IMG/VR virus record: IMGVR_UViG_3300030376_006732
Coordinates: 1 to 24,347 of that record
DNA from: a virus
Lineage: Duplodnaviria > Caudoviricetes
Reading direction: 5' to 3' (one strand)
Length of the DNA stretch: 24,347 nt
Positions within the stretch are counted from its first letter, which is position 1. Every line of letters starts with the position of its first letter. The translations under genes and the position numbers were made by a program. Below, piece after piece: positions 1-8,518 of the stretch. Below the pieces are notes generated by a model. The model saw only the letters and a program-made list of their open reading frames with translations, had not been told where the DNA came from and made no database searches.

Positions 1-2
1 GT

Positions 3-680
3 AATATTGCTAAGCAAAATAAAAACGTTTTATTAGTTACTTTAGAGATGTCAGAGTTACTATATGCTAGACGTATATGTTCTAACGTAACTAAAATACC
101 TATGAAGGAGTTAACTTCTAATACCCCTACTATTAGAAATGTTATCAATAGAGAAGAAGGTAAGATATTTATTAAAGAGTTTCCACCATCGACTATTACA
201 CCTACGCAGTTAAAAGCGTTCGTTAAAAAGTTTCAGGAGAAAGGTATTAAGTTAGATGCTATTGTTTTAGATTATTTAAATCTACTTCATTCACCGGTTG
301 GTGCTAACTCATATGAGCGGATTAAGAATGTAACTGAGCAAGTACGTGCTATGTCATATCTATTTGAATGCCCTATAATTTCAGCAACGCAGTTAAATAG
401 AACAGGCTTTGATCAAGATAATCCTGACCTAGCTACTATATCAGAATCGATAGGCTTAGCTGCAACAGCTGATGTTATTGTTAGTATTTATCAGAATCCT
501 GAGGATAGGGAGGTAAATCTTATTAGATTAGGTATGATGAAGAATAGGTATGGAGCTAGAGGTATGACTCAGCCTATGAGTATTGATTACTCTACATTAA
601 CGATTGAGCAAGCTGATGATATAGACTTAGAGGGTGACGAAGATGATACTCTTAATGCGTTAGCTGCTATGGCATTATAA
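3..680 (+). CDS. gp41: Replicative DnaB/T4 gp41-like SF4 helicase, C-terminal part (5' end outside window)
   Basis: Frame is open from base 3 (NIAKQNKNVLLVTLEMSE, motif H1a), so the ATG at 48 is internal. Walker B-like IVLDYLNLL, SATQLNR, ISESIG..ATAD and MKNRYG are typical SF4/gp41 motifs. Confidence 0.93.
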   Translation, partial: NIAKQNKNVLLVTLEMSELLYARRICSNVTKIPMKELTSNTPTIRNVINREEGKIFIKEFPPSTITPTQLKAFVKKFQEKGIKLDAIVLDYLNLLHSPVGANSYERIKNVTEQVRAMSYLFECPIISATQLNRTGFDQDNPDLATISESIGLAATADVIVSIYQNPEDREVNLIRLGMMKNRYGARGMTQPMSIDYSTLTIEQADDIDLEGDEDDTLNALAAMAL

Positions 681-689
681 CAATTCACC

Positions 690-697
690 CATAAATA
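690..697 (+). promoter_or_regulatory. T4-late-like promoter (CATAAATA)
   Basis: Intergenic ATAAATA, 6 nt before the GTG at 704; matches the T4 gp55 consensus TATAAATA at 7/8. Confidence 0.55.
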
Positions 698-703
698 CAA
701 CAA

Positions 704-1570
704 GTGAATGTATTAATATTTACAAATACATCTTTGGATGGAGCTGCTTCTGCGTTGTTTATGAAGTGGTTGTATAGTAAAAAAATAAAAGAATTTATTG
801 TAGTTGAAGCAACAGAAACAACTATTGTTAATGATATTAAATCTCGAGAACTTACACTTGATCATTATGATAGGGTTTTTGTATTAGGTTTATGTTTATC
901 AGAATCTCAAATTAAAGAGGTAGATAAATATAAATTAGTAGTTTTTGATCACCACTTATCACATGCCTCTGTATTGAATAATTATCATGATAGTACAGCA
1001 GTTGTTAAAAAAGATACATCTTGTATATCGCTAATACACAATAAGTTTAAATCAGCTATTAACCTTACCGAAGCGCAAGAGCGTTTAATAATGTATGTTA
1101 ATGATTATGAAAGTTTTAATTTAAAGCATAGTGATTCTTTTAAATTAAGCGCTATATTTTTTACTTACAATAGACCGAAGGTAGTTAAATTTATTGAAAG
1201 TTTTGAGCAAGGCTGGCGTGAATATAATATTCAGGAAAAGAATGCAATAAAAATTTATGTCAAAAAATTTAAAGAGCAATTAGAGAATAAACCTAACTTC
1301 GGTACTATTAAAAATTACAAGACCGTAGCAATCTTTGCAAATGCTTTAGTAAGCAATATTGCACATTATATTATATCTAAGTATTCTTCTGAAATAGGTA
1401 TTGTTGTAAATTTAGATACAAATAGTGTTTCTTTTAGACGTTGTACTCATTGTGATGTAGATGTTAGTATTTTATCTAAAACATTTTGTAATGGTAGCGG
1501 ATCAATTTGCGCTGCTGGAGGTGATCTTACACCACAATTTGCTGAACTACTTAAAGATTTTAGCCCATGA
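704..1570 (+). CDS. DHH/DHHA1-family phosphoesterase-like protein with degenerate catalytic motifs
   Basis: GTG start. LDGAASA (motif I), VFDHH (motif III), YVNDYE, SVSFRR and GSGSICAAGG (corresponds to DHHA1 GGGHxxAAG). Confidence 0.8.
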   Translation: MNVLIFTNTSLDGAASALFMKWLYSKKIKEFIVVEATETTIVNDIKSRELTLDHYDRVFVLGLCLSESQIKEVDKYKLVVFDHHLSHASVLNNYHDSTAVVKKDTSCISLIHNKFKSAINLTEAQERLIMYVNDYESFNLKHSDSFKLSAIFFTYNRPKVVKFIESFEQGWREYNIQEKNAIKIYVKKFKEQLENKPNFGTIKNYKTVAIFANALVSNIAHYIISKYSSEIGIVVNLDTNSVSFRRCTHCDVDVSILSKTFCNGSGSICAAGGDLTPQFAELLKDFSP

Positions 1571-1860
1571 TAAACAATAGTATAAGTACACCATCTGCAA
1601 CGTTAGTTGATAGCGAGACTGAACATTTACTTTTATGTTTCTGCACATACTGCGGTCTTTTAAAAGGTAAGAAACTTTCGTTACAGAATGTTTTTGTGTT
1701 AATATTAAAGGATAGAAGGTTGCGTAATATACTTAAGTCGTTATTATCAATAGATAACAATTATGAATTATTTAAAACATTTTTAAGCTTTGAACCATCT
1801 ATTGCTGATTCGAAATATATTACCAAATTCCTTAATACGCAAAAAAGTGTATCTTTATGA
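1567..1860 (+). CDS. Hypothetical protein (97 aa)
   Basis: ATGA overlaps at both ends, coupling it to its neighbours; no recognised motif. Confidence 0.75.
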   Translation: MINNSISTPSATLVDSETEHLLLCFCTYCGLLKGKKLSLQNVFVLILKDRRLRNILKSLLSIDNNYELFKTFLSFEPSIADSKYITKFLNTQKSVSL

Positions 1861-2513
1861 TAACGCAGCTAGAGCAAAATATATACAATAGCTATCTTTA
1901 TGCAGCTCGTACGAGTAAAGATAAGCCGTTTAGACCACGTAAGAATTTTTCGAAGATTGGTGAGATGGATTGCGCTTATCTGAAGAAACTTTCTATATTC
2001 TTACAACGATATAATCATATTAATCTTAACGATTGGTTTATTGCACCTTATAAAATTTATGGCGCGGATGAGTATTTTGATCTACATTTTTATACTACGC
2101 GTAAAGCGTTGAAATGTTATACTACTCATATCAAGCAACAGGAAATGGAAGACCCAGATAATGAATCTACAATCCAAAGACTAAAAGATAGTTTACATTT
2201 CATATACAATTATTGTATAGAACACAATTTAACAGTAGGTGAATATATCAAGGAAGAGACAGGTAACTTACCGACTATGTTACAGCATATAAAAGATCAT
2301 AAAATTAATTTTTATATGTTGCAAACATTAGAAGTCGACTCTATATTAAGAAAGATTGAACCTTCTGTGCTAAATTTTATAGTGAGTGATTTCTGGACAA
2401 TATTCTCAAAAACACGAACAAAATTTTTAAGTTCGAGAGAGCTTAAGGTAAAAGCAAGAAAAGGTCTAAACATAATAACAACAAAACTAGAAACTAAAGT
2501 AGATAAAAACTAA
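1857..2513 (+). CDS. gp59: gp59-like helicase loader
   Basis: 218 aa, similar in size to T4 gp59 and directly upstream of gp32 as in T4. Helical and basic; RLKDSLHFIYNYC...MLQHIKDHKINFYMLQTL resembles the gp59 C-terminal domain. Confidence 0.6.
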   Translation: MITQLEQNIYNSYLYAARTSKDKPFRPRKNFSKIGEMDCAYLKKLSIFLQRYNHINLNDWFIAPYKIYGADEYFDLHFYTTRKALKCYTTHIKQQEMEDPDNESTIQRLKDSLHFIYNYCIEHNLTVGEYIKEETGNLPTMLQHIKDHKINFYMLQTLEVDSILRKIEPSVLNFIVSDFWTIFSKTRTKFLSSRELKVKARKGLNIITTKLETKVDKN

Positions 2514-2527
2514 AACTAATATATAAT
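2511..2527 (+). promoter_or_regulatory. Putative early/middle promoter, AAC-N4-ATATAAT variant
   Basis: TAAAACTAATATATAAT; TATAAT at 2522-2527, 6 nt before the gp32 ATG. Partial match to the motif at 5777 and 8935. Confidence 0.5.
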
Positions 2528-2533
2528 ATAATT

Positions 2534-3394
2534 ATGAGTGCATTTAATACATCGATGTTCGAGTCCATCAAAGACGCGTTGGTAAGTGAAAATAAGAGTC
2601 AGTCAAACTTTAATGATATCATCTCCTGCAAAGTAGGTAATACATATACAGTAAGACTGTTACCGTTTTCAAAGTCACCGAAAGATACTTTCTTTCATTA
2701 TTACAATCACGGATGGGTATCATTTGCTACCGGGCAATATGTTCAAGCTCTATCCCCTCAAACGTTTGGTGAGCGAGATCCGATTGCTGAAGAGCGTTTC
2801 CGTGCTTCACGTATGGGTTCTGAAGAAGAGAAAGAACGCGCTCAAGCTATTCGAAGAGTTGAGAAGTGGCTTGTTAACTGCTATGTTGTCGATGATCCTT
2901 CAAACCCTGATAATAACGGTAAGGTTAAGATTCTTCGTTATGGTAAGCAGCTTCATAAGATTATTACCGAAGCTATTGAAGGTGAAGATGCGGAAGAATT
3001 TGGTGCACGTATTTTCGATCTAGGGTCTGAAGGTGTTAACCTTAAGGTCAAAGTAGAGAAGCAAGGTGATTATCCAACTTATGTATCATCGAGATTTACT
3101 ACAGCTGGTAAACTGGACTTACCTGAAGAACGTCAGCAAGAGCTTTATAATAATACCTTTACATTGAAAGATGTATTTCCTCTACGGTCATATGATGATC
3201 TTAAAGGTATGCTAGACGAGCATTACTTCTGTGGGTCAGACAGTAGTAATGAAGTTGCAAGTACTCCTGCAAGTCAGTCTGAATCTCCGCCGTGGAAAGA
3301 GACGTCTTCTAGTCCTAGTAACCAAGAATTAGTTACAGCAACTACTAACGATACAACAGAAACTGATATTGACGATCTTCTAAAAGACCTATAA
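2534..3394 (+). CDS. gp32: Single-stranded DNA-binding protein, T4 gp32 family
   Basis: VRLLP, YYNHGW, SPQTFGERDPI, NCYVVDDPSNPDNNGKVKILRYGKQL, IFDL..G.NLKVKV..QGDYPTY.SSRF, and an acidic tail ending DIDDLLKDL. Confidence 0.93.
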   Translation: MSAFNTSMFESIKDALVSENKSQSNFNDIISCKVGNTYTVRLLPFSKSPKDTFFHYYNHGWVSFATGQYVQALSPQTFGERDPIAEERFRASRMGSEEEKERAQAIRRVEKWLVNCYVVDDPSNPDNNGKVKILRYGKQLHKIITEAIEGEDAEEFGARIFDLGSEGVNLKVKVEKQGDYPTYVSSRFTTAGKLDLPEERQQELYNNTFTLKDVFPLRSYDDLKGMLDEHYFCGSDSSNEVASTPASQSESPPWKETSSSPSNQELVTATTNDTTETDIDDLLKDL

Positions 3395-3395
3395 T

Positions 3396-3857
3396 ATGAA
3401 ACCGGAAGATAAAAATGCTGTTTTGCAGTTTATGGGTCAAATGTATGGTGAATCCAAAAAAAATGATGGTATGTTAGTCGGAGAATCCACTAATTTACGA
3501 CCTAATTCAGATAAAGTTAAACATGTCTTTGAACAAACTCTACAAACACCTACGCGACGGGAGCCGCAAGGTAATCAGCCGGTTCCGCATGCGGTACAAG
3601 CTGCTAGGGATTTAGCCGCAGTTAATCAGCAACCAATTGCACAACCGGTCTCAGATGAGCCGGTGGTTGCAGTAGTTGAGTCGGATCCAAATCAACTTGA
3701 ATTTGATTTGAGTGAGCCTAGTAATTTTGATAAGCTACTAAGTTTGGTAAAGGAGCAAAATATTATGCTAACTTCAATTATGAGGAATGTTGAGTTGATT
3801 CTTAAGAAAGATAGTGTAAAATCGTCGACATCAAAACATGTTAAAAATAAGAAATAA
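3396..3857 (+). CDS. Hypothetical protein with a disordered Q/P-rich middle and a QLEFDL motif
   Basis: Starts 1 nt after the gp32 stop and overlaps the clamp gene; low-complexity linker and C-terminal amphipathic helix. Confidence 0.8.
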   Translation: MKPEDKNAVLQFMGQMYGESKKNDGMLVGESTNLRPNSDKVKHVFEQTLQTPTRREPQGNQPVPHAVQAARDLAAVNQQPIAQPVSDEPVVAVVESDPNQLEFDLSEPSNFDKLLSLVKEQNIMLTSIMRNVELILKKDSVKSSTSKHVKNKK

Positions 3858-4551
3858 GCAAAACTTTTCACAATATCTAGATTCTGTAGCGAAAATTAAT
3901 GATAGCGCGATATTTGATATCGATACAAACGGTATCAGTTGTTTAGTATCATCGATTGATAATACGTTAGTATTGTATACTGAATTTAAGGAAGAACAAG
4001 ATATCAGTAGATCTATTAATGTACCTGATCTTAAGAAACTGCATAGAGTAGTAGATACAATAGATGAGAGTAGCTTCGAACTTAATATTAATAACAACAA
4101 TCTAGAGTTTAGAGGTAAAAATGTTAAGTTTAAGTACCATCTATTCGAAGAAGGTTTTTTGACTAAGCCTGGTCTTAATTTACAGAAGATTAAAGACTTT
4201 AATTACGATATTAACTTTACAGTAGATAAGAGCTTATTGCAACAACTGTTTAAGGGTAGTACATTTGCATCAGAAACTAATAAAGTATACTTCTATACTG
4301 AAGACGGTAAACTTAAAGCAGAATTAACTGATAGAGCAAGACATAATACTGATGTATTTGCTATTACTATTGCTGATGAAGTTGATTTTACTTTAGAACC
4401 GCTACCGGTAAACTTTGATAATATTAGATTATTAACGTCTATTACTAGTAAGTATGAGTTTAGTATTAATACTGAGTATGGTGTTGTAATTGTTGATAAT
4501 TCGAATAATACAACTAAATTAAAGTATATTATTTCCTCTTTAACGCAATGA
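3838..4551 (+). CDS. gp45: DNA polymerase sliding clamp (gp45/PCNA-like)
   Basis: 237 aa, two-domain alpha/beta pattern. LDSVAKINDSAIF, INVPDLKKL and the C-terminal KLKYIISSL match clamp features; replication-cluster context. Confidence 0.82.
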   Translation: MLKIRNKQNFSQYLDSVAKINDSAIFDIDTNGISCLVSSIDNTLVLYTEFKEEQDISRSINVPDLKKLHRVVDTIDESSFELNINNNNLEFRGKNVKFKYHLFEEGFLTKPGLNLQKIKDFNYDINFTVDKSLLQQLFKGSTFASETNKVYFYTEDGKLKAELTDRARHNTDVFAITIADEVDFTLEPLPVNFDNIRLLTSITSKYEFSINTEYGVVIVDNSNNTTKLKYIISSLTQ

Positions 4552-4865
4552 TTGATAAACATACTAAAAATAAACTTAAAACTGCCGGCTATTTTATTAA
4601 AAGATTACGTGATAGTGGCTTTGAAACAGTTCGTATCTTTAATGGTTATAGTCATAGTGATCCACGTAAGTGGACTATTTTAGTAGATCCTAAACAAGCT
4701 TCTATTTTTGTAACATGTTTTGAGAATACACCGTTTAAGGGTGAGTATTTATTTACTTTTGAAGATGGTAACCAACGATTTAGATCAGGTTTCAATCTTA
4801 AAACTGATTCTATTGAAGTAGTAGTTAATAAATTACTTAATAGTGGGGTTCAGCAAGTGAAATAA
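4548..4865 (+). CDS. Hypothetical protein (105 aa)
   Basis: ATGA overlap with the clamp stop; globular-looking sequence. Confidence 0.8.
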   Translation: MIDKHTKNKLKTAGYFIKRLRDSGFETVRIFNGYSHSDPRKWTILVDPKQASIFVTCFENTPFKGEYLFTFEDGNQRFRSGFNLKTDSIEVVVNKLLNSGVQQVK

Positions 4866-4873
4866 ACTAAATA
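4866..4873 (+). promoter_or_regulatory. T4-late-like promoter (ACTAAATA)
   Basis: Intergenic TAAATA core, 9 nt before the ATG at 4883. Confidence 0.5.
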
Positions 4874-4882
4874 ATAGTAGCG

Positions 4883-5218
4883 ATGAAAGAGGAAGATCAA
4901 TATGATGAAGGATATGATAAAGATCAAGTTAATACTGATCTTACTAAATTAATAGAAGAAGCTTTATCTAACTCTATTATTAATCAAAAAGAGTATAAGA
5001 CACGTCAAGAGTTGTCAGATGTTGTAAAATCTTTGGTTGCTGAATATTTGGATAGTTTTATTATTCTTGGTTATGATTTTGATGGTAGTATTGTTGATAT
5101 TCAAGCGTCAACAAGCTCTCAACAAAAAGATGCTCTATCTACTTTGATTTTAAAGTATCTTTACCTTAAGACTGGTCAAACAATACCAGGTATGTATAAA
5201 GATGATGAAACCTTTTAA
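4883..5218 (+). CDS. Hypothetical acidic protein (111 aa)
   Basis: Clean ORF downstream of a TAAATA box; overlaps the next gene. Confidence 0.78.
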   Translation: MKEEDQYDEGYDKDQVNTDLTKLIEEALSNSIINQKEYKTRQELSDVVKSLVAEYLDSFIILGYDFDGSIVDIQASTSSQQKDALSTLILKYLYLKTGQTIPGMYKDDETF

Positions 5219-5507
5219 GGTACGAGAAGCATACGCAGTTGAAACAGGTGATTATATAGGACAAGTTTTCATCGTCATAGACATTAGTAATAAAGGTGAT
5301 GGGCATGTCTGCTGTCTAGCTCTACCAAACATGGAAAACGTTGATGTCCCAAGGGAGACGTTTATCTCCGGTAGGAACTCTGGTATAATTACATTATTAG
5401 AACAACTTCCTAAATCTGTATTTAAGGTTTCGGAAGCTCAATATTATAAAAATAGAGATACCGCAAAAATAGATGACAAAAGCAGAGAAGAAGGTTGCAA
5501 AGTATAG
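5202..5507 (+). CDS. Hypothetical protein (about 101 aa, beta-rich)
   Basis: In-line ORF filling the gap between neighbours. Confidence 0.72.
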   Translation: MMKPFKVREAYAVETGDYIGQVFIVIDISNKGDGHVCCLALPNMENVDVPRETFISGRNSGIITLLEQLPKSVFKVSEAQYYKNRDTAKIDDKSREEGCKV

Positions 5508-5754
5508 AGAAGCTAAAGAGCGTTTTAAATATGATAGAGATAATTCATATTACGAAGCTAGAGTTGTAGAAAATCTAGAAAGTGAGAGCTTTTTTAATCA
5601 TTGGTATAATGTTTGCTGTTTTGACTTTTGTAATGCTGTATGGCGTGAAACAAGAGAGCAAAATAGGAACTTGAAGTCGGAAAATGAGTGTATTATGCTA
5701 GCTACAAGAGAAAAAGCAAAAGTAGCTAAGTTTTTACAACTTAAGTTACTTTAA
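5473..5754 (+). CDS. Hypothetical protein (93 aa)
   Basis: In-line ORF, charged and helical; 35-nt overlap with the upstream gene. Confidence 0.62.
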   Translation: MTKAEKKVAKYREAKERFKYDRDNSYYEARVVENLESESFFNHWYNVCCFDFCNAVWRETREQNRNLKSENECIMLATREKAKVAKFLQLKLL

Positions 5755-5767
5755 TTGTAAAGTAATA

Positions 5768-5796
5768 TTGGATAATTAAAGGAACCTTTATATAAT
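5768..5796 (+). promoter_or_regulatory. Sigma70-like promoter TTGGAT-N17-TATAAT containing the TAAAGGAAC box
   Basis: -35 at 5768-5773, -10 at 5791-5796, 17-nt spacer, ATG 7 nt downstream; intergenic. Confidence 0.7.
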
Positions 5797-5803
5797 ATGT
5801 TTA

Positions 5804-6676
5804 ATGAGTAAAACTCTTATCATAGACGGTAATAATCTTATACATAGATGCTGGTGGACTGCGCTAAATCAAGCAGCACGTAATGAAAATAATACAACTG
5901 AGCAAATTGCTGGGCTGCATATCTATTTTACGTTAAATTCTATTTACTCTTATGTTAATAAGTTCAAACCTACAAAAATTATTTGTGTTTGGGATGAAAA
6001 GAAAGACTATCAACCTAATATCCGTAAAGAACAGTTAGAAGGTTATAAAGGCAACCGCTCGAATGATGCTACCCCTCATATGCAAAATGAGGCTATTAAA
6101 AAACTACTATCACATCTTGGTATACCCTCTATTTTTCCGCGTGAACGTGAAGCTGACGATATTGTATCTTACATTTGTAAGACGTTCGAAGGTCAGAAGG
6201 TTATTATATCCGTTGATCGTGACTTTTTACAACTTATAGATGGTAAGACTATACTATATGATGCTATTCGTAAAAAGGAGTTTACTTTAGAAAATTTTAC
6301 TAAAGATACAGGTTATACTAAAAGTGAATGGCTTAATGCTAAATGTTTGTTAGGAGATAAATCCGATAATGTACCTGGCATCCCGCGGTTTGGTAAAGCT
6401 AAAGTTCGTAAATGGCTTGATGGTGAACTTACTCTTACCGATAAGCAAGAAGAGATCTTTACTAAAAATATGACTGTTTTTGACCTAGGTGAGGTTATGT
6501 ATCATGAGACTGAAAAAGAGTATTATCAAAAGCAACTCGATGAGAAGATTGAGATAGACTGGAATTCCTTTATAAAGGAATGTGAAGCAAAAGACTTTAA
6601 AAACATATTGAAAAAGCGAGAAGAGTGGTATAATTCATTTATAATGAGTAATAAGTTAACACAATTGCTAGGATGA
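5804..6676 (+). CDS. rnh: T4 RNase H-like / FEN-family 5'-3' exonuclease
   Basis: LIIDGNNL, R...EGYKGNR, EADD, SVDRDFLQL and GDKSDNVPGIPRFG (H3TH) are all present. Confidence 0.93.
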   Translation: MSKTLIIDGNNLIHRCWWTALNQAARNENNTTEQIAGLHIYFTLNSIYSYVNKFKPTKIICVWDEKKDYQPNIRKEQLEGYKGNRSNDATPHMQNEAIKKLLSHLGIPSIFPREREADDIVSYICKTFEGQKVIISVDRDFLQLIDGKTILYDAIRKKEFTLENFTKDTGYTKSEWLNAKCLLGDKSDNVPGIPRFGKAKVRKWLDGELTLTDKQEEIFTKNMTVFDLGEVMYHETEKEYYQKQLDEKIEIDWNSFIKECEAKDFKNILKKREEWYNSFIMSNKLTQLLG

Positions 6677-7719
6677 CATTACCAGACGAGTTTGTAATAG
6701 TTAAGTTCTATGAGCTTGGTTATAGGCCTTTCTATAACAAATTCACTAATGTATATCAATGCGCTTGTCCTATATGTAAAGAAGGTAAATCTTTTAAAAC
6801 TAAGCGTAGGTGTTACTATATTCCTAAGAATGAAAATATATTTTGCCATAACTGTGGTTGGTCTGGTAAACCTTTAAAATGGATAACAGAAGTATCAGGT
6901 GAGTCTGAAGCTAATGTTATAGGTGAGCTTAGAGATTATATACCATCTGCAGAGACGTTTCAAGAAGAGGTTCAAGCTCCAGTTGTTACTACAACTACCT
7001 TACCGGAAGATAGTATTAACCTATCAGATAGTAGTCAGTTAAATTATTATAAGAATAACGATATCATAAGAGCAGCGCTGCATCTTATAAAGCAGCGTAG
7101 ATTAGATACAGCTATAAATAAGCCTGAAAACTTATACGTATCTTTAACAGATAAGGTTCATAAAAATAGGTTAATTATACCGTTTGTTAATGAGCATAAT
7201 TCTATAGAGTTTTATCAATCTCGTACTATACTAACACGTGATAATAAAATTAAACCTAAATACTTAGGTAGAGTAGGTTCTGAGAAAACATTATTTAATA
7301 TTAATAACGTCAAGCAAACGTTTGATAATGTTTATATATTTGAAGGCCCTATTAATGCATTCTTTACTAAAAACTCAGTAGCAGTAGCTGGTATTACAGA
7401 GAGAGGTAGATCGTTTACAACAAGACAGCAACAACAATTAGATACTACTTTGAAGCTACTTAAGCGTATATGGATACTAGACTCACAATGGATTGATCAA
7501 GCATCTCTTATTAAGACTGAAGCTTTATTACAACAAGGTGAAAGTGTCTTTATTTGGCCTGAAAAGTTCGGTAAGAGGTTTAAAGACTTTAACGATATTG
7601 CAATGCATTGTAAGCTAGATGAGATAAAAGAATACTTTATATCTAAACATACACACGCAGGTTTAGAAGGTATAATAAATCTATCTGCAATAAAGAGATA
7701 TAATTCAGATCAACGCTGA
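6673..7719 (+). CDS. gp61: DNA primase, T4 gp61-like (Zn finger + TOPRIM)
   Basis: CPIC...CHNC Zn finger, RLIIPF, YQSR, KYL, FEGPIN, WILD and KDFND. Confidence 0.9.
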   Translation: MTLPDEFVIVKFYELGYRPFYNKFTNVYQCACPICKEGKSFKTKRRCYYIPKNENIFCHNCGWSGKPLKWITEVSGESEANVIGELRDYIPSAETFQEEVQAPVVTTTTLPEDSINLSDSSQLNYYKNNDIIRAALHLIKQRRLDTAINKPENLYVSLTDKVHKNRLIIPFVNEHNSIEFYQSRTILTRDNKIKPKYLGRVGSEKTLFNINNVKQTFDNVYIFEGPINAFFTKNSVAVAGITERGRSFTTRQQQQLDTTLKLLKRIWILDSQWIDQASLIKTEALLQQGESVFIWPEKFGKRFKDFNDIAMHCKLDEIKEYFISKHTHAGLEGIINLSAIKRYNSDQR

Positions 7720-7721
7720 TC

Positions 7722-8156
7722 TTAAACGTGACGGAAAGCAGGATTGTCTGTTTGTGCTACGTAACCTCTAAATGATTCTGTTAGAGAAGCTAGCTCTGTC
7801 GCAACTCGAGTAATTTTACGTTGCTCAGATTGTTTCATTCGTTCAAAAATTGTATCCGGCTCTGCATTAGCTAATGTAGATTGAATAGAATTAGTCTCGC
7901 CATTTAGTCTAGTAAGCCAGCCATCCATTTCTGTAACCCAACCTTCAAGCTCTGATTTCATTTGAGCAGCGTATTCAGCATGTGCTCGTGCAGCGTCGAC
8001 AGCAGCAGAATCATCCGTTTTTGATACTTCCACATCAACATCAAACTCATCTGAGTTAGTTTCATCATCTAATGTATCCTCAAACGCATCCTTTTCAAGA
8101 TCATCAAGAGTAGCCTCATCTAGCAATGTAAAAAACCTTTTTTCGAACTTATTCAT
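7722..8156 (-). CDS. Acidic late protein (144 aa), possible internal head protein
   Basis: Start revised to the ATG at 8156 (MNKFEKRF...), 5 nt downstream of a perfect TATAAATA. The longer 8231 start would overlap the divergent gene. Confidence 0.78.
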   Translation of the reverse strand: MNKFEKRFFTLLDEATLDDLEKDAFEDTLDDETNSDEFDVDVEVSKTDDSAAVDAARAHAEYAAQMKSELEGWVTEMDGWLTRLNGETNSIQSTLANAEPDTIFERMKQSEQRKITRVATELASLTESFRGYVAQTDNPAFRHV

Positions 8157-8161
8157 ATAGT

Positions 8162-8183
8162 TATTTATAGCGCAGTATAAATA
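8162..8183. promoter_or_regulatory. Back-to-back divergent T4-late promoters
   Basis: TATTTATA-GCGCAG-TATAAATA: a perfect TATAAATA on each strand (8162-8169 -, 8176-8183 +), each facing a start codon. Confidence 0.8.
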
Positions 8184-8191
8184 TTTTAAGG

Positions 8192-8518
8192 ATGAATAAC
8201 GGAAATAATCCATATAGTACAGGCATCGCAAACAAAAATATTAGTCTTTCTCTCGATTCTTCGACTCAGATGCCCAAATATAGGGATGATGATAAACGTG
8301 CAATAGCACCACCTATCTTACCGCATGAACTAAATGAAATAATTGAAGTATTAGGTAATACTTTCGTTTCATTAGCGCAACTTAGTCAGATGTTAAAAAA
8401 TGCTTCTGCAAATGATAGTATTGATCAACTAGGAGTTAATAAAATTGTTGATAAAATTGATACTGTTAACGAGATTATACTTGCAATCCCGGAAGATCTG
8501 GATATACTTAAGATATGA
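8192..8518 (+). CDS. Hypothetical late protein, helical C-terminal half (108 aa)
   Basis: ATG 8 nt after TATAAATA; ATGA-coupled to the next gene. Confidence 0.78.
   Translation: MNNGNNPYSTGIANKNISLSLDSSTQMPKYRDDDKRAIAPPILPHELNEIIEVLGNTFVSLAQLSQMLKNASANDSIDQLGVNKIVDKIDTVNEIILAIPEDLDILKI

Noticed and set aside
1567-1860. gp33 late co-activator by synteny (upstream of gp59-gp32)
   Set aside because: No recognisable gp33 sequence pattern; position alone is insufficient without a profile search.
2700-2790. gp32 lacks the Zn-binding cysteines of T4
   Set aside because: Zn-free gp32 variants are already known among marine T4-like phages; not novel.
3369-3395. TTGACG...TATAAT sigma70 promoter
   Set aside because: Spacer is only 15 nt and TATAAT directly abuts the ATG while containing the gp32 stop codon.
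8157-8231. N-terminal extension of the 7722..8231 ORF
   Set aside because: Overlaps the divergent gene and both promoter boxes; the ATG at 8156 fits better.
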